From positions 140,652 to 204,651 of the IMG/VR virus record IMGVR_UViG_3300035703_000010: 64,000 nucleotides of DNA; one strand, 5' to 3'. The notes under the pieces were generated by a model. The model was not told the DNA's origin, ran no database searches, and saw nothing but the letters and a program-made list of their open reading frames with translations. Position 1 is the stretch's first letter, and the number at the start of each line of letters is the position of its first letter. The position numbers and the translations under genes were made by a program. Below, in pieces: positions 37,958-46,655 of this stretch.

Positions 37958-38337
37958 GTAAATCTCCTAAAAAAACGCAACCTCAGCAGGAAGTCGAATT
38001 GAAGCCAAAGAAAAGTTTTTCTTTAAAGCTTTCCAAGCAAGAGCTTGTTCACTTGCGAGATTTATTTGGTGTGATGCTACCTGCAGACATGAAGTCAACA
38101 GTCAGTCAATCTCTTGCTTCTAGCCAGGATAGACAATTGGTCGAATCAAAGCTCTGGAATAAGGTTATTTCTTTATGTTCTGAGGCTGAAATTCCAATGG
38201 GAGAATATGCTCCTGATTTCGTCATAAGCATATCTGCTCCACCTCAACTTAATGTTTTTGAAATGATTTCTGACGATGAAGCCGTGGCTGCTACAGTAGT
38301 TCAACAGATGTTAGAAGAAGATGATTCGGAGGAGTAA
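37954..38337 (+). CDS. Hypothetical protein
   Basis: Coupled ORF. Confidence 0.5.
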   Translation: MSKSPKKTQPQQEVELKPKKSFSLKLSKQELVHLRDLFGVMLPADMKSTVSQSLASSQDRQLVESKLWNKVISLCSEAEIPMGEYAPDFVISISAPPQLNVFEMISDDEAVAATVVQQMLEEDDSEE

Positions 38338-38750
38338 TGAAGTACTCTATAGGTCAAGTCTTATATGTTTTGATGAACCGTGAAACAAAAATTTGTCCAG
38401 TTCAAGTCGTAGAAGAAATTACTAAAAAGAGTTTAAACGGAGAAACTACAAATTACGTTGTTCGTACAGGAGCTAAGGGAGAAACTATTTCTTTGTCTGA
38501 TTTAGACGGACAAATATTTGATTCGATAGATACATTGAAGCAAACTTTACATGAAAAAGTAGTAAAGATGATTGATATTGTAGTAGAAAATTCAGAAAAA
38601 AGAGCAAAACAGTGGTTCTTCAATGAAGAGAAAAGTCTTGAAACTAATGTTGAAGAGATTCAAAACACATCAACGAATACTGATGATGCAATCGTAATTT
38701 TGCCTGATGGAACAAAAGCAAAAGTAAAAATACCTCTTTCGGGAACATGA
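38337..38750 (+). CDS. Hypothetical protein
   Basis: Coupled ORF; YSIGQVLY start. Confidence 0.5.
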   Translation: MKYSIGQVLYVLMNRETKICPVQVVEEITKKSLNGETTNYVVRTGAKGETISLSDLDGQIFDSIDTLKQTLHEKVVKMIDIVVENSEKRAKQWFFNEEKSLETNVEEIQNTSTNTDDAIVILPDGTKAKVKIPLSGT

Positions 38751-38753
38751 TCT

Positions 38754-39020
38754 ATGATAGAGCAAAGAAGTGATGAATACGATAATGTCTATAAGACATT
38801 AAATGAAATTAAGAAAAAACTGACGGAGTTATCACTTACTGATTTATCAAAAATTCATGTAGGCATTGAATGGACATGGATGCCTTATGTAAAAGATCAT
38901 ATAGATTTTTTGATAGAGCAAACAGACGGAATATTACAAAACATTCATGATTCTCCGCCTCCTGTAGCTAAAAATATCGATGCTGCAATCGATAACGATA
39001 ATTTATCGATGAATGAATGA
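38754..39020 (+). CDS. Hypothetical protein
   Basis: 88 aa ORF in operon. Confidence 0.5.
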   Translation: MIEQRSDEYDNVYKTLNEIKKKLTELSLTDLSKIHVGIEWTWMPYVKDHIDFLIEQTDGILQNIHDSPPPVAKNIDAAIDNDNLSMNE

Positions 39021-39024
39021 AAAA

Positions 39025-39058
39025 TCCATCACCTATGTGTTATCATATAGGTGATGGA
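39025..39058 (+). promoter_or_regulatory. Hairpin sequestering the RBS and start of the SpoU gene
   Basis: TCCATCACCTAT (39025-39036) / ATAGGTGATGGA (39047-39058) perfect 12-bp inverted repeat. Confidence 0.7.
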
Positions 39059-39635
39059 CTCGTTAGAAATCAAGCATGATCAAGAAAGCCCTTATTCTCT
39101 ATGGGCTAGAAACGTTATTGATGAATTTAAAAACCTGACAAATGATGAAATTTGTAAGCGAATTCAAGAACGTTCAAACGGATTTGCTGTTCTTATGACA
39201 CATGTTAATGGAGACTTTAACATTGGAACAGTTCTAAGGTCTGCAAACTCGCATGGAGTTAAAGACTTTTTCTACTATGGTCGTAAGAAATTTGATCGTA
39301 GAGGATGTGTAGGGGTTCATAACTATACTCAAATGCAATTTTTAAGAGATCTTGATGAAGTTATCAAGATCAAAAACGACTATTGTTTTGTCGCTTTAGA
39401 GAACAATATTGATGGTGTCGTATCATTACCAGATTTTGATTGGAATTTAAGTAAACCACCTTGCATTATCGTAGGAGAAGAATGCAACGGTATTCCAAAA
39501 GAAATTCTTGATCTTTGTGATGCGTTTGTAGAAATTCCTAGTTTTGGATCTGTAAGAAGCATGAATGTCGGTTCTGCTTCTTCAATTGCGATGTATGATT
39601 ATGTAAGTAAAAAACGAAAGATTAAATCTCAGTAG
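39051..39635 (+). CDS. SpoU/TrmH-family RNA 2'-O-methyltransferase (SPOUT)
   Basis: FNIGTVLRSA, VGEECNGI, VEIPSFGSVRSMNVGSA. Confidence 0.93.
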   Translation: MMDSLEIKHDQESPYSLWARNVIDEFKNLTNDEICKRIQERSNGFAVLMTHVNGDFNIGTVLRSANSHGVKDFFYYGRKKFDRRGCVGVHNYTQMQFLRDLDEVIKIKNDYCFVALENNIDGVVSLPDFDWNLSKPPCIIVGEECNGIPKEILDLCDAFVEIPSFGSVRSMNVGSASSIAMYDYVSKKRKIKSQ

Positions 39636-39660
39636 TTTAAACGTACTAAAAAACTGATTT

Positions 39661-40404
39661 TTATTTATCAAGAAATTTTCTTGTTACGCTAGGAAAATTT
39701 TTCTCAGCATATAAAATCCATGAATTTCTAATGTCTTCAATTGTTTTGTCAATCATTTGTTGATCATTTATCCCATGATTGATGAATGATCTTTCAATTT
39801 TTTGTAACATTTCATCTATGATCTCATAAAATGATTTTTTTTGTTTCTTTGACTGTTGTCTTGCTCCGGCAACAAATGCTGGTATTTCAGAAGGATCAGT
39901 ATAGTATTTTTTCTTTTTTTCTATGTCTTTTTTATCTTGCATCATTTCATATCCTGTCTGTATCGAAGAAACAGCTAATTCAGGACCTTGAGATGAATGT
40001 TCTAATTCATGTCTGATAGCGTTGTGTAGGTAAGGCTGAATCATTCTTAGATGAATAGGCATGAGCATTCCAGTAGTTGATTGAACCGTGATTGAAATGT
40101 TCAATTCATTTAATTGCCAGTCCCATGATGCTTCTGCTAAAGCTTTATCGTTCTTAGTATGAAGAACTTTAACGATCATACTTAATGAAATTTTTTCAGA
40201 AGTCTGTGGTGCAATATCATTGCTTATTTCTATAAGAAATTTTGCAATTCTAACAATGAAATTTCCTTCTTTCATTCTTGGAAGATCATTGATTTTTTCA
40301 ATAGAAGAAGCAAGTTTCTTCATTGCAATTCTACTGATCTTGCTAGCAAGAGAATCAAGCTTCGACTCTAAAAGTAAACGTCTAATTATCGACTCATAAA
40401 TCAT
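39661..40404 (-). CDS. HExxH-containing hypothetical protein with a leader-like start
   Basis: MIYESIIRRLLLES; IRHELEH; YY..PSEIPAF; start moved to ATG 40404. Confidence 0.55.
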   Translation of the reverse strand: MIYESIIRRLLLESKLDSLASKISRIAMKKLASSIEKINDLPRMKEGNFIVRIAKFLIEISNDIAPQTSEKISLSMIVKVLHTKNDKALAEASWDWQLNELNISITVQSTTGMLMPIHLRMIQPYLHNAIRHELEHSSQGPELAVSSIQTGYEMMQDKKDIEKKKKYYTDPSEIPAFVAGARQQSKKQKKSFYEIIDEMLQKIERSFINHGINDQQMIDKTIEDIRNSWILYAEKNFPSVTRKFLDK

Positions 40405-40467
40405 AAAGTAAATATTTGTTGAAATGCTATAATGCAATTTTTATTGTCTATGTAATATGATTGTTTA

Positions 40468-41157
40468 ATGAGCAAAACATTACTTTCAAGAATTTCTGCA
40501 TCTATGTTGAAAGACGGATTGTCTCCAACATTAGAGATGATATCATACGCATTAGTTTGTGATGAATACGCAGCAGGAGTTGCCGATGAAGATCAATTAC
40601 AGTTTGCTATGTGCAATTATCTCGATCAATCAGCAAGAAGATCAAGATCGCTTTCAGAAGTAATCAATAGAGTTAAAGAACCTCCTATTTCAGAGATTTT
40701 TACTGAATGCACGATCATGATGGTTGATGCGGTTATCAGATCACCAAAATTTATTCATAGATCACTTCACGTTTCATCAGAAAATAATATCAAAATAGGG
40801 GATGGGAAATACATCAAACCAGATGTAGCAATTTGGAATGACGATAAGATAATTGGAGTGATTGAATGTAAGACTAGTTTAGGAAGAGCTAGGAAAGAAT
40901 GGAAAAATGATTTTGAACAAAGAGTTGAGATTTTTAAAGGAGTTGGCATTAAGCCTGACTCGGTGTTCTTTGTAGTTGCAACAGAAAATTCTTGGCAAGG
41001 TTTTCCAGCAGATGATCCAAATACATTAAATTCGTGGTTTTCCTTATGCCCTAAAGGAACTTGGTTCGGAGGAGGAAAGCAAGGTGAACTTAAACTTTCA
41101 GATAAAATGAATCAAGGATGCTTGAAAAAATTAATTCAAAAATTAGAAAATCTATGA
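40468..41157 (+). CDS. Restriction-endonuclease-like PD-(D/E)XK nuclease
   Basis: IKPDVAIW..IGVIECKTSLG. Confidence 0.65.
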   Translation: MSKTLLSRISASMLKDGLSPTLEMISYALVCDEYAAGVADEDQLQFAMCNYLDQSARRSRSLSEVINRVKEPPISEIFTECTIMMVDAVIRSPKFIHRSLHVSSENNIKIGDGKYIKPDVAIWNDDKIIGVIECKTSLGRARKEWKNDFEQRVEIFKGVGIKPDSVFFVVATENSWQGFPADDPNTLNSWFSLCPKGTWFGGGKQGELKLSDKMNQGCLKKLIQKLENL

Positions 41158-41523
41158 TTTTTTGTCTTCAAACGTATCACGTTCATCTGGTCTTTTAGAC
41201 AATTTTTTATCTGATTCTTGTTCTTTTCTTTCTTCGTCTTGAAACTTATCTTGAGCTCTCTGTAGCTTTGAAGACATATTGATATAATCGTACATTCTTC
41301 TTATGCTGATTCCAAGGGTTTTTGCAGCTTCTCTTGCATTACCATCAGAAGCTGCAAGAGCTTTCATTGCATCAGCAATTGCATCTGATCTTTCTATTTT
41401 ATATTCTGCGCCGAATTTAGTTAGACCACCACCTGGCTTATCATCTTCATTTAATAAAGATTCTTTTACAAATTCTCTAATGAGAACCTTTAAATTTGAT
41501 AGTGTTCTTTTATTGCTCATCAT
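41152..41523 (-). CDS. Fis-type helix-turn-helix protein with leader motif
   Basis: LKVLIREFVKESLLNE; ALAASDGNAREAAKTLGISIRRMY. Confidence 0.7.
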   Translation of the reverse strand: MMSNKRTLSNLKVLIREFVKESLLNEDDKPGGGLTKFGAEYKIERSDAIADAMKALAASDGNAREAAKTLGISIRRMYDYINMSSKLQRAQDKFQDEERKEQESDKKLSKRPDERDTFEDKKS

Positions 41524-41582
41524 TTTTATTCATGATAATTATCTATCGATAGCCTTTTTTAAACTACTCGATACATATTACC

Positions 41583-44435
41583 GTGACTACGACGCAAATA
41601 AAAGGAAGCCAAATTCAAGATGGTTCTATCAAATCAGAAGATGTTGATGATTCTCTTGAAAAAGATTTTACCAGAGTTAGAGTAACAACAGGTGATTCGT
41701 CACCAGACTTTCTTTCTACGAAGATCATAGCTGGTGATAATATCACGCTCAACATTGTCGGTTCTTCTGGATCGATTCAATATCTCGCCATATCTGGATC
41801 AGCAGGTGGTGGTGGTGGGGGAGGCAGCGGCGACATAACCTCAGTTTCTGCAGGAACTGGATTGAGCGGTGGTGGGACAAGCGGCGACGTTACTTTAGCG
41901 ATAAATGATTCTATCGTTGCGACCGTTTCAGGAACAACATTTATAGGACGAACAGTTCATTTAAATGGACTGAGCGGATCATTAACAACGCTTGCTGACG
42001 GAACTTCTTATCTAATCGCTGGTAATAACGTTGTTATAACATCTGGATCAGCTGGATCAATCACGATATCTAGCCTTGGAGGTTTCGTCGGTGGGAATGG
42101 GACTAATAACAACTTAGTTACCGCTGATGGAAGCGGAGCAATTGTCGCTGAATCAAACTTAAACTTTAACGGATCTATCCTTGACGTAACAGGAAGTATC
42201 ATTGCTTCTAATTTAAGCCTGTCAGACAAGGTATTGATTACTTCTGGTTCGACTAGAACGATATCTCAAGCTTCGAATTTGACATGGGATAGTACAAACA
42301 GCTATCTTGGTATCAACGTTCCAACGGCTGCAAGAAACTTACACGTTCCAGCTGGAATCAGGGTTGGGACTACAAACTATCTTGAATGGGTTCAAGTTAG
42401 TTCTGCAGTACAAAGATTTACAGGAGGAGGTTCAACAACAACTTTAGAATCCAACGCAGACATTTTGTTGCCTCCTGGGAAAACTTTAGGATTTCAACCA
42501 GGATTAGGCCAAACAAAAGATGCAGGATTTATTAGAGCTGGAGCTGGAATTATAAACGTTAGCGGTTCTGCTCCCGGTGTAGTTCTAAGATTTAATGATT
42601 CCTCTACCCCATTAGCCGCTGGTGATCTTGGGATGAATGTATCTACAGGCCGCCCATCTGCTTTCATAGGAGGAGCTGTAAGATCCCTGGCTCACACAGA
42701 TGAAATGGGAAATGTAGTAGGGCCAGCTTCAGCGACTGACAATGCTGTAGTACGTTTCGATCTTACAACTGGAAAACTAATCCAAGATTCGGTCGTAACA
42801 ATTGCAGACACGACTGGCAACATTACAACACCAGGAGATCTTGCAGTTAATGGCGGAGATATAACAACAACGGCTGCTTCGTTTAATCTTCTGAACGGTG
42901 CTAGCACGTTAAACATTGGCACTTCGAACATCGCAAGAACTATTAACGTTGGAACGCCGTCGTCAGAAGCGCAATCGATTAACATAGGTAGCAACTCTTC
43001 TCCAAATTCAATCATTATTGGAAACACGACGACAGCGACGACCACAAGAATTCGAGCTGGTGATTTGTACTTAAATGACCTCAGCAGCGGTCTTGTGACT
43101 GTAGGAAGCACGACCAGCACTGGAAGTATAACAATCGGTCGTTCTACTGCAAGCAACTCAATATCGATAGGAGCTTCTGGAAACAACACTTCGAATACAC
43201 AAACGATCAACATTGGTTCTGGAACTGGAACTTCTGCAATCATGATCGGATCGAAGTCAGGGGCTTCTCCTGTCGTTATTCAAGCTGGAACTTCAGGACT
43301 ATCCATCAGCGGATCAGCAAGGTTTAATCAAGGATTCAGTGGTTCATTGACACAGTTAACTGACGGAACCCCATACCTTCTTGCAGGATCTAATATTACA
43401 TTGTCAACTGGATCAAACGGAGCAGTGACAATATCGTCTACGGCTTCTGGCGGATCTGGAGCGCCGACAGATGCTTCATATGTAGTTCTTTCCAGCAATG
43501 GAACATTAACATCAGAAAGAGTTCTTACTGCTGGATCTGGTATCAGCATCACAGATGGAGGTGCAGGAGGTAATGTTACTATCGCCGCTACAGGAGCTGG
43601 TGGGGGATCAGGAGGAATAAACTACTTTGATTCAACTGCAGCTGGATCAATTTTTACATCAGGATCGACTGCATTTAAAGGCAACGAATTAGTTAGCTCA
43701 CCGCGAAACAAGGGCTCTGATGTATTTTTCTATGTAAGCGGATCATCTGCTGATAAAACTTTGTTTGGTGGAGACGTTAGGATAAGTGGATCATTGACGA
43801 TAGGATCAGGTTCTATAACGCTTACGTCGAATGACATTCAGTTCGGTTCGTCTGCTAACAGAATACAATTGAATGGTTCTGATCTAACGTTCGTAGATGT
43901 TTCAAACCCGAGCGGTAGGACGTTATCAAATATCTCAGATCTTATCTTAATTGAAAGTAAATATATTGAAAGTAATACGCAGTCAGTCGTATTTTCTAAC
44001 CTAGATGGGAACAGAGATAGAAATTATTACTTAGTTGGTAGAAGAATCAACGGAGTCAATACGGTAACTTACGAAGTTAGACCGAACCAGTCAAATGCGA
44101 ATCTTTTCGCGGTTTACCACATAATTGCGACCAACGGTTCGACTGTAACACACGCTGCATCTACTGCTTATGGAGCAAATTTTTACTGGGGTTCTTCTTT
44201 ATCATCAGGATCTGTCGGAGATATCGAGATGTTTTTTAATGCCGAAAGTAGTAGGAATAGATTTTTTACATTAAAATCTCGTTATACTTCTGTATCTTCT
44301 TTGTATAATAATTTAGAAGTTTTTACTCGATGGACAAGTTCCGATAACTTTACTTCCCTTGAGATTAGAGGAAGCGCAGCAGATTCCTTTGTTTCAGGTT
44401 CTGAGTTCCATCTATATAGACTTAGAAGAGGTTAA
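41583..44435 (+). CDS. Long tail fibre / virion appendage protein
   Basis: 950 aa, Gly/Ser/Thr-rich; internal repeat SGSLT.L.DGT.YL.AG.N..; C-terminal domain shared with the collagen-like proteins. Confidence 0.8.
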   Translation: MTTTQIKGSQIQDGSIKSEDVDDSLEKDFTRVRVTTGDSSPDFLSTKIIAGDNITLNIVGSSGSIQYLAISGSAGGGGGGGSGDITSVSAGTGLSGGGTSGDVTLAINDSIVATVSGTTFIGRTVHLNGLSGSLTTLADGTSYLIAGNNVVITSGSAGSITISSLGGFVGGNGTNNNLVTADGSGAIVAESNLNFNGSILDVTGSIIASNLSLSDKVLITSGSTRTISQASNLTWDSTNSYLGINVPTAARNLHVPAGIRVGTTNYLEWVQVSSAVQRFTGGGSTTTLESNADILLPPGKTLGFQPGLGQTKDAGFIRAGAGIINVSGSAPGVVLRFNDSSTPLAAGDLGMNVSTGRPSAFIGGAVRSLAHTDEMGNVVGPASATDNAVVRFDLTTGKLIQDSVVTIADTTGNITTPGDLAVNGGDITTTAASFNLLNGASTLNIGTSNIARTINVGTPSSEAQSINIGSNSSPNSIIIGNTTTATTTRIRAGDLYLNDLSSGLVTVGSTTSTGSITIGRSTASNSISIGASGNNTSNTQTINIGSGTGTSAIMIGSKSGASPVVIQAGTSGLSISGSARFNQGFSGSLTQLTDGTPYLLAGSNITLSTGSNGAVTISSTASGGSGAPTDASYVVLSSNGTLTSERVLTAGSGISITDGGAGGNVTIAATGAGGGSGGINYFDSTAAGSIFTSGSTAFKGNELVSSPRNKGSDVFFYVSGSSADKTLFGGDVRISGSLTIGSGSITLTSNDIQFGSSANRIQLNGSDLTFVDVSNPSGRTLSNISDLILIESKYIESNTQSVVFSNLDGNRDRNYYLVGRRINGVNTVTYEVRPNQSNANLFAVYHIIATNGSTVTHAASTAYGANFYWGSSLSSGSVGDIEMFFNAESSRNRFFTLKSRYTSVSSLYNNLEVFTRWTSSDNFTSLEIRGSAADSFVSGSEFHLYRLRRG

Positions 44436-44438
44436 TCC

Positions 44439-44747
44439 ATGAATCATCCTTGTAATTGTAATCCACCTGCAGTCGTATCTACTATAGTCGGTGATAGATG
44501 CCACATCACTAATGAAAGAGGAGAATGGTGCGCAATAATAAACAAAGATGGAGTTTACTTACAAAACCTATTAGTTCCATCATCAGAAGAAATAACCAGA
44601 GAACAGGAACATCAACAAAAAATTCTTGCTGAACAATCAATTGCTGAATCACGTGAAGCAAGAAAACAAGAGTTAAAAGCTAAATTAGACAGTGGCGAAA
44701 CTTTAACTCTTCAAGAACTCACAGAATTATTAAAATTAGCATTATAA
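44439..44747 (+). CDS. Small protein, possible fibre chaperone/assembly factor
   Basis: Position directly after the fibre gene; C-terminal coiled coil; SD GAGG. Confidence 0.45.
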   Translation: MNHPCNCNPPAVVSTIVGDRCHITNERGEWCAIINKDGVYLQNLLVPSSEEITREQEHQQKILAEQSIAESREARKQELKAKLDSGETLTLQELTELLKLAL

Positions 44748-44759
44748 TTGGAGAAAACA

Positions 44760-45005
44760 ATGCCTTTAGATATTACGCCAAACACAGTTACATTAGACAA
44801 AGTTCGTATTGAACAGTTTACCGTCAGCCCTCAGTTAAACGCCGTTATGGTTCAATACTCAAAAGGTTATGATGATGCAAATGGACAGTATGTTCCAAAG
44901 GAATATACTCATGTTAATTTTACAGACGTATCATTCGATCAAACACTTTATGAACAAGTGAAAAATACCTTATACTCTATGTTGAGCTCTCATCTCAATC
45001 AATGA
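44760..45005 (+). CDS. Small hypothetical protein in the fibre cluster
   Basis: ATG 44760 behind SD GGAG. Confidence 0.5.
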   Translation: MPLDITPNTVTLDKVRIEQFTVSPQLNAVMVQYSKGYDDANGQYVPKEYTHVNFTDVSFDQTLYEQVKNTLYSMLSSHLNQ

Positions 45006-45131
45006 TTTTGAAGTAAAATAAAAATAAATTACGAACTTTAAAAAAATCGCCGCGGAATTTGATAAATATTTAGACGGCGAATTCGCCATCGCACGCCTTT
45101 CGCTTGAACATAAAAAGAAAGGGCCTTAAGA

Positions 45132-46655
45132 ATGGCAATCTTATCAATAAGAAACTTCGGCAATATACAAATATTGAGAGTTGATTCTAATCCAGAGGGT
45201 ATATCTGCTCCTACAAATTCACTTGCGACAGTATCCACTAGTCGAAACGTTTACAGAAACGTCGGAGGGACTAGCTGGCAATTATTGAATTCTGTTTCTA
45301 TATTACCTCCAGTTGTTCCGAAGCCAGGTTCCGGATCTGGTTCAGGTTCCGGAGGCGCACAAGGTGCTCAAGGAAGAGTTGGGCATCAAGGTCTTCAAGG
45401 CCTTCAAGGATATCAAGGAAGCCAAGGTACTATGGGCACACAAGGTGTTCAAGGTGCACAAGGCGCTTTTGGGTATGGACCTCAAGGAAATAGAGGTCCT
45501 CAAGGCCTTCAAGGCGTCCAAGGTGATGATGGTGTCCAAGGACCTCAAGGTGTTCCAGGATCTCAAGGAGCAACTGGTATTGGAGCTCAAGGATATCAAG
45601 GCCGACCTGGAAATAAAGGAGAAGATGCAACTGAACCTGGTCCTCAAGGTTATCAAGGTCCTCAAGGTAATACAGGACCTGCAGGAACGTCAGGAACTCA
45701 AGGCCTTCAAGGAGCTCAAGGCGTTCAAGGAGCTCAAGGAAGAGTAGGCCCTAACGGGTCTATTGGTCCTCAGGGTCTTCAAGGTGCCCAAGGACGACAA
45801 GGATCAGGCGGAATCGGTCAACAAGGTTCACAAGGATATGATGGTGCGCAAGGTAGATCTGGATCAGCTGGATCTCAAGGTACTCAAGGCGCTCAAGGAC
45901 ATCCTGGATCTGACGAAATTGGAGCTCAAGGTGCTCAAGGAGTTCAAAGCGTAGTTGCAGGCCCTCGAGGATATGCTGGATTAATTGGCCCACAAGGTGG
46001 GATAGGCCCACAAGGCGATACTGGAGCTCAAGGATACGGAATACCAGGTCCTCAAGGTGACGTTGGTGCTCAAGGGCATCAAGGTAGAATCGGTTCGAAT
46101 GGGTTATCAGGAAATACTGGAGATTCTAACGGGTCAGCTTTGATTCTAGTTGAAGCAAAACAAATCAGCACTGGAGTTCAAACAGTAACATTCGAAAATC
46201 TAGATGGAGATTCTGATAGAATTTATTTTATTAGAGGAAGAGTGTTAAGACCAGCAGGATCTGCAGGAACTACATTTACTTATTCAGTTCGTCCTAATGG
46301 ATTAACAACTAATTTAGCTTATATAAGCTACGGTGGATATTATAGCACCGCTGCAGGATCAAACGCTATCTCAACCAGCGCAGGATCTAGTGGGTATTTG
46401 ATAGGTAGCAGCACTTCTACAACAAGATTTGATCTTCAGATGTGGATTTCTGCTGAAAAAACGTTGCCTAGACTCTTCGACATCGCTATTAGCAGAAGAG
46501 TTTTTGATGGATCAAACCAACAATTTGATGTTTGGAGAAGCGGGGTTCGTTGGAATGAAACTACAACGAATTTAACATCAATAGAAATTAACTGTGATAG
46601 ATCTGGCGGTCTTGCTGCTGGAACTGAGCTTTACCTTTATAAATTAGTATGCTGA
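45132..46655 (+). CDS. Collagen-like fibre protein 1 (Gly-X-Gln)
   Basis: Long G-X-Y run dominated by GAQ/GPQ; shared N-domain (LRVD..P.G..NVGGTSW) and C-domain. Confidence 0.88.
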   Translation: MAILSIRNFGNIQILRVDSNPEGISAPTNSLATVSTSRNVYRNVGGTSWQLLNSVSILPPVVPKPGSGSGSGSGGAQGAQGRVGHQGLQGLQGYQGSQGTMGTQGVQGAQGAFGYGPQGNRGPQGLQGVQGDDGVQGPQGVPGSQGATGIGAQGYQGRPGNKGEDATEPGPQGYQGPQGNTGPAGTSGTQGLQGAQGVQGAQGRVGPNGSIGPQGLQGAQGRQGSGGIGQQGSQGYDGAQGRSGSAGSQGTQGAQGHPGSDEIGAQGAQGVQSVVAGPRGYAGLIGPQGGIGPQGDTGAQGYGIPGPQGDVGAQGHQGRIGSNGLSGNTGDSNGSALILVEAKQISTGVQTVTFENLDGDSDRIYFIRGRVLRPAGSAGTTFTYSVRPNGLTTNLAYISYGGYYSTAAGSNAISTSAGSSGYLIGSSTSTTRFDLQMWISAEKTLPRLFDIAISRRVFDGSNQQFDVWRSGVRWNETTTNLTSIEINCDRSGGLAAGTELYLYKLVC

